IMG/VR virus record: IMGVR_UViG_3300043394_000085
Span: 1-34,027 of that record
DNA: 34,027 nt
DNA from: a virus
Taxonomy: Duplodnaviria; Caudoviricetes
Strand: one strand, 5' to 3'
The notes under the pieces were generated by a model. It worked only from the letters and a program-made list of their open reading frames with translations. It searched no databases and had not been told where the DNA came from. Positions 1 to 8,210 of the stretch are shown in pieces (position 1 is the first letter of the stretch; every line of letters starts with the position of its first letter). A program made the position numbers and the translations under genes.

Positions 1-127
1 TTCACCTCCAGGCCATTGACACGAAGAGGCAAGTCGATCAGGCCACGCTCATCCATCACCTCCAGAATCTTGGACACCACGGGGATCATGGTTTCGTTGA
101 TCAGGCGGCCAAACGCAGAGCCCAGGT
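1..127. repeat. Terminal direct repeat, copy 1 (identical to 33901-34027); assembly circularisation overlap
   Basis: Exact 127-nt match between both window ends. It lies inside the portal CDS, and 127 is a common assembler k-mer. Implies a 33,900-bp circular or circularly permuted genome. Confidence 0.95.
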
Positions 128-1301
128 TCTGCGACAGCTCCTTCATGCGCTCCACGATCTCAGTGGCAGAGCGGGCGCTCATGTTCTCTGGGGGCAGCGA
201 TTCGTCCAGCAGGATGCGCTTGACGTTGCCGCGCAGATCGTTGATCACCAGCTGCGACACGTTGAAGTCGCCAGAGCGGGGCAGGGCCATGAGCGACGGG
301 CCTTGCGGGCCACCGTTGCGGGCCACGGGGATGATGCCGCCAGGCACGATCTTCACGGTGTTGGGGTTCAGCACGCCATCGTCGGCAGCCGTATACACGC
401 CAGACACAGCCAGAGAAGCGTTCTTCAGCAGCAGCTCAATGGTCTTGTTGAGCGTCTTGATGTCGGGCAACGCAGTCATGAGCGGGCCGCGGCCGTAGAT
501 TTCACCGGCCACCTTCATGTAGCGCGAGATCACCCAGGGGCTGATCTTGCGGCGGCGGTAGACCAGCTCCTCTTTGCTGACCTTGTCGATGACGTGATAG
601 CAGTAGTCGCCGCGGGTGGCGTCATAGATCGTCGCCTCAAGCAGCTCAATGTCGTCGGTCGGCTTGTCAGCGATGCGCTTTTGCATCTCCTGGGGAATCT
701 CGGCATCAGGCCACTGGCGCTGGATGCTCTCGCCCTTCATGCGGATGCGGCGGTAGACGTTGTCCACCTGGCCGTTCGCGCCTTCCTCATAGCTCACCAG
801 GAAGAGCGGCACAGGGATGAAGTTGATCGGGCTCACGTCATCGCCTGGCTGCACCATCATGCAGGCCGTGCCGACCGCCAGGTCGAGCAGGAACTCACCC
901 ATGGCAATGTCGAAGTTCGACTGGCGCAGGAGCGCGAACATCTTCTCGCCATACAGGTCGAGGATGGCCTGGGCCTGGGCCTTGCGCTCAAACGGGATGT
1001 CCATGCCAGCTTCCAGGCGGCACCACTTGCGCTGGGGTGGGAACACCACCGACTGCAGTCTGTTGGCAAACCGTTGGGTGCTATTGATGGCTGTACTGTC
1101 GAAGACGCGCTGCATCTTCTTGGAGCCGGTGCTGCCACCTTCCCACACGCCATAGAGCTGGCGCTGGGGCAGGGCGAACTCATAGGCGTCCTGGTACAGC
1201 TGCTGGAATTCATCCTTCTTGCTTTGCGCAAGGGACTGGCGCTTGATGATCTGCTCTGGCGTCAATCGCATGCCGCCCTTTTGGTTGTGTCCGTTTTCCA
1301 T
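1..1301 (-). CDS. Portal (head-to-tail connector) protein, N-terminal part; continues across the junction into 33900-33588 (~537 aa total)
   Basis: Hand translation (absent from the ORF track): MENGHNQKGGMRLTPEQIIKR...YEFALPQR...RVFDSTAINSTQRFANRLQS...EIYGRGP...ALPDIKTLN...RSATEIVER. These are T7 gp8/BPP-1-type connector motifs. In frame with the 33588 ORF. Alternative start at 1271. Confidence 0.93.
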   Translation of the reverse strand, partial: MENGHNQKGGMRLTPEQIIKRQSLAQSKKDEFQQLYQDAYEFALPQRQLYGVWEGGSTGSKKMQRVFDSTAINSTQRFANRLQSVVFPPQRKWCRLEAGMDIPFERKAQAQAILDLYGEKMFALLRQSNFDIAMGEFLLDLAVGTACMMVQPGDDVSPINFIPVPLFLVSYEEGANGQVDNVYRRIRMKGESIQRQWPDAEIPQEMQKRIADKPTDDIELLEATIYDATRGDYCYHVIDKVSKEELVYRRRKISPWVISRYMKVAGEIYGRGPLMTALPDIKTLNKTIELLLKNASLAVSGVYTAADDGVLNPNTVKIVPGGIIPVARNGGPQGPSLMALPRSGDFNVSQLVINDLRGNVKRILLDESLPPENMSARSATEIVERMKELSQNLGSAFGRLINETMIPVVSKILEVMDERGLIDLPLRVNGLEV

Positions 1302-1327
1302 GTGTTGTCCGTTCTGTGTTGATTCGT

Positions 1328-2035
1328 TTAGCCGCCCACGCCCAGCGTGCCGCCACCACCCAGGGTGCCGCCACTGATGCCCAAGCCACCGGAGCGGCCA
1401 AGGGTCGGGGCGTTGCCTTCGACTGGGCTGTAGCCAGACAGCAGTGAGCGGTCAGAAGCGCTGCGGCCAGCCTTGCGACTGCCGGCGGCTTTGGCCGCAG
1501 AAGTGCGCTGCATACCTTCCATCTCGGCCTTGCTCTTGGCGGCCATCTCAGCTGCGATTCGCTGTGTCTCAGCGAGCTGCTGCGCGATCTTGGCTTGCGC
1601 TGCCTCGTTGGCTCTTGCTGCTGCAGCTGCCGCCACCTGCGCTGCCGCCTGCTGGGCTTGAAACTCTGCAGTCTGTTCAGCCAATTTCTGCTGTTCAGCC
1701 GCGACCATGGCGGCGATCTCAGCCTGGGCCTTGGCGAATGCGTCGGCATCAGCCTTGGACTGGGCGTCGAGCTGCGCTTGAGCTGCGGCGTCCAGGGCAG
1801 CCTGCTGTTGCTTGAACGCTTCGTCCTCTGCCATCAGTTTGGCCAGGGCCGCATCGTTTTCAGCCTGGAGTTTTGCGGCAGCCGCAGCGTCATCAGCTGC
1901 AATCTGCGCGGCCAGGTCAGCATTGGGGTCAGGTGCCGGTGCCGCCGGTGCTGGCGTGAAACGTCCGACTGGCGACACTAGGTCGCCGCCGATTTCCTCC
2001 AGGGGCGTGCTGCCGTAGAAGCGACTGACTGCCAT
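1328..2035 (-). CDS. Ala/Gln-rich putative virion protein (coiled coil, Gly-rich C-terminus)
   Basis: 235-aa ORF just upstream of portal, ending RSLLSG...GLG..TLGGG. Position matches small virion genes upstream of podovirus portals. Confidence 0.7.
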   Translation of the reverse strand: MAVSRFYGSTPLEEIGGDLVSPVGRFTPAPAAPAPDPNADLAAQIAADDAAAAAKLQAENDAALAKLMAEDEAFKQQQAALDAAAQAQLDAQSKADADAFAKAQAEIAAMVAAEQQKLAEQTAEFQAQQAAAQVAAAAAARANEAAQAKIAQQLAETQRIAAEMAAKSKAEMEGMQRTSAAKAAGSRKAGRSASDRSLLSGYSPVEGNAPTLGRSGGLGISGGTLGGGGTLGVGG

Positions 2036-2036
2036 A

Positions 2037-2735
2037 TCAGGCTCCCAGCAGGGTCTTCACCTGGGTTTCATCAGTCGTCACACCTGGCAGACCCAACTCA
2101 GGGTTAACCCTAGCTGTGGACAACAGCGAGCGGCGACCGGCACGGCGGCGAGCCGTCATCTGTGCGGACTCACGCTCTGCGATCTTGCGGCGCTCGGCGT
2201 CCAGGGACGCAGCCTGGTCTTTGGCCTGCTTCTCCATGCTGGCTTTCTGCTCTTCGTACTGCTTTTGCTGCTGGAAGAGCTGGGCCTTGGCGGCTTCCGC
2301 GGCTGCTGCTTGCTGGGCGGTCAAACCCTTCATCATTTCCGCTTGCTGAGAGGCTGTCAGTTGAGCGGCAGACAAGGCAGAAGCAGCAGCTTCACGCTGG
2401 GCTGCGATCTGGGCTGCGGTCAGCTCACCATTCTTGGCGGCTAGGGCGGCTTGCTGCTCACGGGTGAGCTTTGCCTGGTCGGCAGCGGAAGCACGGGCCT
2501 TCTCGGCTTCGGCAGCAGCAGCGTCGCGGCTCAGTTGAGCCTGGGTTGCAGCGGTTTCGCGGGCGGCTGCGGCTTGCGCTGCGGCTTCCTCACGCGCTTT
2601 TGTGGCGTTTGCAATGGCTGCGGCTGCAGCGTCCGACGCTTGGGCTCGGGCTTTGTCCGCGGCGCTTTGAGAACGGTTCACAGCGTAGGCCGTGGCTCCC
2701 GCTCCGATCAAAGCTGCGACGATTGGTGCTGGCAT
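2037..2735 (-). CDS. Ala/Gln-rich putative virion protein (hydrophobic N-terminus, coiled coil)
   Basis: 232-aa ORF. N-terminus MPAPIVAALIGAGATAYAV; C-terminus RRRAGRRSLLS...TLLGA, similar to the neighbouring gene. Confidence 0.75.
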   Translation of the reverse strand: MPAPIVAALIGAGATAYAVNRSQSAADKARAQASDAAAAAIANATKAREEAAAQAAAARETAATQAQLSRDAAAAEAEKARASAADQAKLTREQQAALAAKNGELTAAQIAAQREAAASALSAAQLTASQQAEMMKGLTAQQAAAAEAAKAQLFQQQKQYEEQKASMEKQAKDQAASLDAERRKIAERESAQMTARRRAGRRSLLSTARVNPELGLPGVTTDETQVKTLLGA

Positions 2736-3214
2736 GGTCTGATCCTTCCATAGAGTGTGTAGTCAGAGCCGTCCATCCCGAACTTTTGCATCACACCCTC
2801 AAGCGTGAAACCCAGGGCCAGTGGCCAGCTCCTTGAATATTCTGCATTCGATTCTATTGCTACTTGTACACGGGTCAAAGCCAGCGATATCTGAGCGATA
2901 TCCAATGCAGTCCTCACACCGACCACCAGCTGGCGCTTGAATTGGCTCTTCACGCTGTCGTCAATGATCGTCCACACCTCTCCGACACCCTTCCACAGCA
3001 CTGCGATGCCGATGATCCCCAGCAGCTTGCCGTTGTAGTAGAGGGCACCGCTCGGGCCGCGCTCCATGTTGAAGTGAATGGTGTCCAGAGGGTCGATTGG
3101 CCAGGGCGTCCTGACGTATTGGGCCAGGCGCTGGATGTGCCAGTCAGTGATTGGCTCAAAGTAGATGCCGGTGCAGGCCAGCTTCTCGTTGACGGTGTCG
3201 ATCAGGTCGGTCAT
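2708..3214 (-). CDS. GNAT-fold putative acetyltransferase (T7 gp13-like family)
   Basis: Start re-set to MTDLID, an ATGA overlap with the terminase stop. Motifs GKLLGIIGI..LWKGVGEVW and LGFTLEGVMQKFGMDGSDY are typical of GNAT C-termini. Confidence 0.75.
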   Translation of the reverse strand: MTDLIDTVNEKLACTGIYFEPITDWHIQRLAQYVRTPWPIDPLDTIHFNMERGPSGALYYNGKLLGIIGIAVLWKGVGEVWTIIDDSVKSQFKRQLVVGVRTALDIAQISLALTRVQVAIESNAEYSRSWPLALGFTLEGVMQKFGMDGSDYTLYGRIRPCQHQSSQL

Positions 3215-4764
3215 GAGAAAATATCGAAGTCGAGTGAGGCCGTAGTCATGCCAGGTGCGCGGCCACCCAGCTGCGGAGTGCGAGTCATGCGGTTGTATTC
3301 GCCACCGCCCAGCATCAGGTACCCGAATGAGTCGCCAATGTGACTGTGTTCGTTCTTGTTGGGGGCGTCTTTGAAGCGTTCGTGGCCAGCACCGACCGCG
3401 ACACGCTTGAAGTGGTAGCCACCGCCAAGCGCTTTGCGCAGCAGCTTGCATTCGCGGTTGACAATGAGCCCTGGCTTGCCCGAAACCAGGCGCTGCATGG
3501 GAGCAGCTGACGCCTCGCGCCGCACCTTGAAGTCATTCGACGCTGTCGGCTGGGCCTTGAGCCCCAATGTCCGCAGAAAGTCGAAGGCAGTGACCTCATA
3601 AATGGCGTCCCTGGCCATACCGGCAGGGTCACCCCAGATCATCACCTGGTGGTTTGGATAGCGAGCGTTTAATTCTGTCAGCAGCTGCAGGCCAAAGCGC
3701 TCCAGGCCCATGTCAAACGTGACGATTTCCTGGTGAATTTGCCACTGGCCGTTGGGCATACGCTGGCCAATGGTGGCCGCCGGTGTCAAACCAAAGTCCA
3801 AACCGATCTGAATGGGCACATTGGGGTGCACTTCAGTGTCGCCGGACATGGTCGCATCGTTATATTCTGGCCAGACTGGTCTGCCTTCCTGGACATAAAC
3901 GTATTCCCCACCCGCATAGCAGCGGATCCAGTCGAGCGTCTTGCCGCCCAGCATCTGTAGGTAGTAACCAGGCGGCAGGTTGTTCAAGTTCTCGGCCTTG
4001 GGATTGATCTTCCACCACTTATTGGCCGCAAAGATGTGGTCATTGGCCTCTGGCATTTCAGGCAGATCTTCAGAGTCGACCGGAACCACGCCACCAGGCT
4101 GCTTGTAGAACTTCCAGGCAAACTGGCCAGTGAGCTTTTCCTTCTCAGCCAGCTTGAACCACCAGTGATCATCATCCATCGGGTTGGTGTCCATCCAGAT
4201 CCCCGACCAAGTAGCCCCGCCATCGCGCTTGGTAGGGTAGCGGCCAACACGGTGAGTCAATCCATCGATCACAGCCTTTGGCAGCTCGCGTGCTTCATTG
4301 ACCCAAGCCCCAGTCAGCTCAAGCGAGAGGAGTTTCCTCACGTCTTTAGGCTGGTCAAGGGCCAGGAAGATGACCTCGCAGTCAATCCCCGCCGCATCAC
4401 CCCGGCTTGGCAGTTTGATGTGATGGGTGATCGGAGGCGTCCACAGCATAGGGCCAAACGTAGACTCAGGAAACAGATCCAGCCACGTCTTAATCGTTGT
4501 GGTCTTCAGCATGGGGTAGCTGTTTCGCACAATGGCAAACCGCGAGTATCGGATGCCGTCAATCGGCGATGGCTTTTGTTTGACAGCACGCATCATGATC
4601 TCTGCTGCGCACGCATATGACTTGCCAGACCCCACCGGCCCCATCATTCCACGCACGAATGCGTTGGACTGCAGAAACTGCCAGACAGCAGGCGACTTGC
4701 TGAAGTCCAGGTTCAAGCCAGTCGAAGGCATTGCCTTCTCAGATTGCTCTTTAGTTCGGCTCAT
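3211..4764 (-). CDS. terL: Terminase large subunit
   Basis: Walker A GPVGSGKS, Walker B AWVNEARE, coupling motif DTNP, nuclease motifs GLDFGLTPAA and HSHIGDSFGY. Confidence 0.95.
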   Translation of the reverse strand: MSRTKEQSEKAMPSTGLNLDFSKSPAVWQFLQSNAFVRGMMGPVGSGKSYACAAEIMMRAVKQKPSPIDGIRYSRFAIVRNSYPMLKTTTIKTWLDLFPESTFGPMLWTPPITHHIKLPSRGDAAGIDCEVIFLALDQPKDVRKLLSLELTGAWVNEARELPKAVIDGLTHRVGRYPTKRDGGATWSGIWMDTNPMDDDHWWFKLAEKEKLTGQFAWKFYKQPGGVVPVDSEDLPEMPEANDHIFAANKWWKINPKAENLNNLPPGYYLQMLGGKTLDWIRCYAGGEYVYVQEGRPVWPEYNDATMSGDTEVHPNVPIQIGLDFGLTPAATIGQRMPNGQWQIHQEIVTFDMGLERFGLQLLTELNARYPNHQVMIWGDPAGMARDAIYEVTAFDFLRTLGLKAQPTASNDFKVRREASAAPMQRLVSGKPGLIVNRECKLLRKALGGGYHFKRVAVGAGHERFKDAPNKNEHSHIGDSFGYLMLGGGEYNRMTRTPQLGGRAPGMTTASLDFDIFS

Positions 4765-4906
4765 GTAATCCTTTTTTGATTTTGCGAAGGTCGATCAACA
4801 ACGTCAGCTTCTTGTCAACAATGACTTCCCATTCAGAGTCGTCCAGGTCAACCTCAAGCTCCAAGTCAAGCACGTCAATGATCCGGTCTAACAGCTTCAG
4901 ATCCAT
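4751..4906 (-). CDS. Small acidic hypothetical protein (51 aa)
   Basis: Hand translation MDLKLLDRIIDVLDLELEVDLDDSEWEVIVDKKLTLLIDLRKIKKGLHEPN. Fills the gap between terS and terL with tight coupling. Confidence 0.7.
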   Translation of the reverse strand: MDLKLLDRIIDVLDLELEVDLDDSEWEVIVDKKLTLLIDLRKIKKGLHEPN

Positions 4907-4907
4907 G

Positions 4908-5342
4908 TCAATCTTCCTTTACATCAACAATATCATTAACCGGCGACTTGATGTTGATCCCGATCACCGATGGCTTGTCAGATTCCTCTGGGTTGTCCAG
5001 CAATCCAGAAGCCTTGGCCAGAATGCGCAGCACCCCGACCTTGTCATACAACTCGATCTCAAGCGTTGAGTTACCGTCACGGTCAACCTTTTGCTTGATG
5101 GACTTGATCGCGGTCAGTGCATGCTCAGGAATCTGGTGTGCAGCCTTAACCGTCACATTGCCAGATTCATCCCAGGTCATGATGTCAGAGATCTTCGTGT
5201 TGGCCATGCACAGCAGCGCATAAGCCACAGCCTCCCGGTTGCCTGCCAAGGTGGTAGACCGCTCAAGCCTGCGCTCAATCGATCTCGTACCACCCCAGCC
5301 CTGCACACTGGGGATCTGCGTCGGTTGCTTTCTGGTGGCCAT
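4908..5342 (-). CDS. terS: Terminase small subunit (putative)
   Basis: 144 aa upstream of terL. Pattern ISDIMTWD..G...IP...TAIKSIK...EIELYDK...L..LAK..GLL is typical of TerS C-terminal halves. Confidence 0.75.
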   Translation of the reverse strand: MATRKQPTQIPSVQGWGGTRSIERRLERSTTLAGNREAVAYALLCMANTKISDIMTWDESGNVTVKAAHQIPEHALTAIKSIKQKVDRDGNSTLEIELYDKVGVLRILAKASGLLDNPEESDKPSVIGINIKSPVNDIVDVKED

Positions 5343-5617
5343 CAGAATGGGATATCGTCGTCAATGTCAACAACAAAAGCGTTGGCTTTAGCCTGGCTGT
5401 GCTCAGACACCGGCGCTCCAGCCTTCGGAGGCTTGGGCTTGCCAATCTTCACCGAGAACCAATGCTCACCAGCCTGGGTCTTGCCAGTCTTGATGTCCAA
5501 AAAGCACAGCGTGCCATCAGGTAGCAACACCTCACCCTTATACGGCGCATGCCAGTCCTCAGTTTTAAATTTGTTCACAAAGGCAGAGCCCTGTCCTGGT
5601 TTTAGTTCGTATGCCAT
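5342..5617 (-). CDS. Small ssDNA-binding-like protein with DDDIPF tail
   Basis: MAYELKPGQGSAFVNK.K...PYKG...; ends DIDDDIPF, matching the bacterial SSB C-terminal interaction tail. RBS GAAAGGA upstream of ATG 5617. Confidence 0.7.
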   Translation of the reverse strand: MAYELKPGQGSAFVNKFKTEDWHAPYKGEVLLPDGTLCFLDIKTGKTQAGEHWFSVKIGKPKPPKAGAPVSEHSQAKANAFVVDIDDDIPF

Positions 5618-5670
5618 AAATGTCCTTTCAGTTGGCAAGTTTACAAATTCCCAAAGAATGCTGGGAAAAA

Positions 5671-6000
5671 TTAAAGCTCTATGCAATCCATCATGTTGCG
5701 CACATCATTGCTGCTTTGAGCCGCCAGGCGCGTCATGATCTCAATCTGTCCAGCCAATGGTGATCCGTGATTTAAGTTCACATCTTTCATCGGGTTCTCA
5801 GGCACAGGCCGCATCACAGGCGATAGACGCTGCTCAAGCATCCGCATCAGCTCACGCAGGCAATGCAGCTCCCTCTCCAGCTGTTCAAGCGCCATAGCAA
5901 TTGGTGGCGGCTGTTGCATAGTCTCCTGACGCTTTGCAATAGGTTCAAGCCTGCCAGATTCTCGGAATTCTCCAGGTCTCATTTCAGAATTTAAGTACAT
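5671..6000 (-). CDS. Hypothetical protein (coiled coil, 109 aa)
   Basis: Open frame in operon direction, flanked by the 11-bp direct repeat TGGGAAAAATT. Confidence 0.6.
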   Translation of the reverse strand: MYLNSEMRPGEFRESGRLEPIAKRQETMQQPPPIAMALEQLERELHCLRELMRMLEQRLSPVMRPVPENPMKDVNLNHGSPLAGQIEIMTRLAAQSSNDVRNMMDCIEL

Positions 6001-6017
6001 AGGTCTTTACCTCTAGG

Positions 6018-6120
6018 TTAAAAAAGTTGGGAAAAATTGTGGGTGACCCCCGTATCGCTACGGTAGGGGGGAGGGGGGAAGGCATCGATTTCTACGCGCT
6101 CGTCAACAGGCGCGTTATCG
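6018..6120. other. Putative packaging (pac)/physical-end region with G-runs and hairpins
   Basis: CCCCCGTATCGCTACGGTAGGGGGGAGGGGGGAAGG (hairpin plus G-tracts), located between the replication and terminase modules. Function is inferred. Confidence 0.4.
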
Positions 6121-6337
6121 CAGGCGTAGCGCTGGCGCATATAGGTTGAATCCGCTTTCCCAGGCACACGTCGCAGCATGCCCTTGGCTTGTACAAAACC
6201 CATACGTTCGTTTGAGCTTTGTACAGAATCGATTAAACGGCCTACAAGCGCCTGAAGCATCGAGTGGCTACCCATGTCTAGGATGGCCTGCGATCGTGGC
6301 GTATGGATTGATCCAGATGCCTTGGTGACGCCTTCGG

Positions 6338-7291
6338 TCATGTGGCATCCCGGTGCATCTGCATCAATCCGTCAACCAGGTGCTGAGGTTTGGGTGTCAG
6401 ACCCTCGGCTTGGTAGATCGGCAGCAGAGTTGCCAGACCGTCATCGATCTCCTGGTTGGTTAGTCCAGCTTTGGCAAGCAGTGTCAATCCATCGTGTCCC
6501 AGAACACATCTTAGATCTTCTCTTTTATTTAAATCTAAGTTTAATTCTTTCTTAGGTTTATCTTTACTAAGTACTTCTCTATATATATTCTCTGTGTTAG
6601 AGGACACTGCTGAGTGTCCATTGATTGCCTCAGAGGACACTGTGGAGTGTCCTGTGTTTTCTTTGTTATTCACAGCTTTTCCACTGCTCTTGGAGCGTTT
6701 GGCAGCTGCCTTGTTGATGTCCTCTTTCATCTTTTTGACCGTCCTGGTCTGTCCTGATGCGGGCATGGTTTTCTCCTTTTGTTTGCTTGGTTGTTTGAGC
6801 GCTTGGCTGATGAGCTTTGCGATCCTTGCTTGACCTGCTCGGTCAATCTCTTGGGCCTGCATGGCTTCTTGCTCGATGAGCCATGGTGGTCGTGTGTCTT
6901 CCTTGTTGCTGGTCATGGTGATGGCGTCCTGTGCTGTGATGCTCTCGTCAAAGATGACGCGCAGCGTATTGGTTCTCTGGGCTGAGTAGCCCTTCCTGAC
7001 GATCTCGACGTACCCGGCAGCTCTGAGCTTGGCCAGCTGGTTGGTGACTGCCTGGCGGGTGGTCTTCAGCTCGGTGGCGATACGGTTCTGGCTGACCCAG
7101 GTGATGCCTGCTCGGTTGCAGTACGCGCACAGAGCGGCCAAGACCTGGAGAGCTCCTGGCGTCAGGCGCTCATCGAAGACAGCCTTGAACGGCAGCACCA
7201 CCACCTTGCGCTGATCGGGCAGGGGTTCCTGCTCTTTGATGCGAGGCTTCTTGGGCAGCTCAAAGCCGATGGGTTCAGCCACAGCGTTCAT
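6338..7291 (-). CDS. Replication initiator, N-terminal winged-helix (lambda O-like organisation)
   Basis: LTPGALQVLAALCAYCNRAGITWVSQNRIATELKTTRQAVTNQLAKLRAAGYV is a typical phage Rep HTH. Internal iterons and an AT-rich tract lie within the gene. Confidence 0.8.
   Translation of the reverse strand: MNAVAEPIGFELPKKPRIKEQEPLPDQRKVVVLPFKAVFDERLTPGALQVLAALCAYCNRAGITWVSQNRIATELKTTRQAVTNQLAKLRAAGYVEIVRKGYSAQRTNTLRVIFDESITAQDAITMTSNKEDTRPPWLIEQEAMQAQEIDRAGQARIAKLISQALKQPSKQKEKTMPASGQTRTVKKMKEDINKAAAKRSKSSGKAVNNKENTGHSTVSSEAINGHSAVSSNTENIYREVLSKDKPKKELNLDLNKREDLRCVLGHDGLTLLAKAGLTNQEIDDGLATLLPIYQAEGLTPKPQHLVDGLMQMHRDAT
6505..6653. promoter_or_regulatory. Putative replication origin: AT-rich tract plus two palindromic iterons
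   Basis: AGAGGACACT-N4-AGTGTCC at 6599-6619 and 6632-6652 (33-bp period), adjacent to a very AT-rich stretch at ~6510-6598. Confidence 0.7.
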
Positions 7292-7508
7292 CTTTTCTGA
7301 TCCGGTGCATGTAGTTCCTCACCAGCTGCTCTGAGCCAGGCCCGTAGGTCTTCTCGACTGCAGCCAAGTGCCGGTCGACGTTGGCCTTGTCTTTGGTCAG
7401 CTCCCAGGTCGTCAGCAGCTCTCTGGCCACTCCCATGAGCAAGATCGTCCTGTCGGGCTCCAGCGGGCCTTTGTGGCGGTAGTAGTGGGGTTTCCATGGC
7501 CGCTTCAC
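7275..7508 (-). CDS. Hypothetical protein (77 aa)
   Basis: GTG start overlapping the upstream stop (GTGA); MKRPWKPHYY...YMHRIRKDERCG. Confidence 0.65.
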   Translation of the reverse strand: MKRPWKPHYYRHKGPLEPDRTILLMGVARELLTTWELTKDKANVDRHLAAVEKTYGPGSEQLVRNYMHRIRKDERCG

Positions 7509-7624
7509 TTCTTGGCCTTGGCATAGCAGGCAGCGCAGACCCAGCGACGCATGCCCAGCACGCGCATGAGCTTGCCGCCGGTCTGTGGGCCTGGCTTGTT
7601 GCACAGTGGGCAGAGCCTGGTCAT
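7505..7624 (-). CDS. Small CxxC...CxxC zinc-ribbon protein (39 aa)
   Basis: Hand translation MTRLCPLCNKPGPQTGGKLMRVLGMRRWVCAACYAKAKK. RBS AGGAG; 4-nt overlaps at both ends. Confidence 0.7.
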   Translation of the reverse strand: MTRLCPLCNKPGPQTGGKLMRVLGMRRWVCAACYAKAKK

Positions 7625-7737
7625 TCCTGTCTCCTGGACATCTCATAGAACGCACGCAGGAACGCCAAGACGTTCTCTGACAGCTTTCCTGTCAGGCCAG
7701 CAGCACGGGCCAGCACAATCAATTGGTCGTCAGTCAT
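7621..7737 (-). CDS. Small hypothetical protein (38 aa)
   Basis: Hand translation MTDDQLIVLARAAGLTGKLSENVLAFLRAFYEMSRRQE; ATGA overlaps at both ends. Confidence 0.65.
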   Translation of the reverse strand: MTDDQLIVLARAAGLTGKLSENVLAFLRAFYEMSRRQE

Positions 7738-8210
7738 GCGGCCACCGTCACGATTGACCGCGCACGGCGGTGCTTGATCTCTTCGTAGACCAGCTTGATG
7801 GCCGACTCCAGCTCACCGATGGTGCAGGTGTCCAGCTGGGCGTCATGCACTTCCATGCCCAGGTTCATGGCCTGCAGCTCTGGGCCGGTGAACAGGAAGC
7901 GTCCTTTGTCCACACCGCGCCTGGCCATGTGGAAGAGGGCGTCTTGAGCTGCCCTGATCTCGGCTGTGTACTGCTTGCCCAAGTCAGCGTTGACCATGTG
8001 CAATGCCTCGGCCATGTTCATGGCTGCGATCAGCAGATCGACGTTCTGCCTGTCACCGTTGCCCTGCGTGACATCGAAGAGCGCCTGGTGGTTCTTGATC
8101 TTCAGCGACATGCACTCGCTGTGTGAGCTCATGGGCTTGAACCCGTTGATCACCCATGCCACTGGGTCAGCAAAGACCTGGCGCGGTCTGTACTTGCTGC
8201 GCTTTCTCAT
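7734..8210 (-). CDS. Hypothetical phage protein (158 aa, basic N-terminus)
   Basis: Coupled ORF MRKRSKYRPR...HDAQLDTCTIGELESAI with ATGA overlaps. Confidence 0.75.
   Translation of the reverse strand: MRKRSKYRPRQVFADPVAWVINGFKPMSSHSECMSLKIKNHQALFDVTQGNGDRQNVDLLIAAMNMAEALHMVNADLGKQYTAEIRAAQDALFHMARRGVDKGRFLFTGPELQAMNLGMEVHDAQLDTCTIGELESAIKLVYEEIKHRRARSIVTVAA

Noticed and set aside
1-127. 127-bp terminal repeat as a biological DTR
   Set aside because: It falls in mid-portal CDS and equals a standard assembler k-mer length; best explained as circular-assembly overlap.
3215-3451. 79-aa N-terminal extension of the GNAT ORF
   Set aside because: It overlaps the terL C-terminus; the ATGA-coupled start at 3214 is more plausible.
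6018-6341. 107-aa ORF downstream of the initiator
   Set aside because: It has an ATGA overlap but runs through G-tracts and hairpins with no recognisable motif; left uncalled, though it cannot be excluded.
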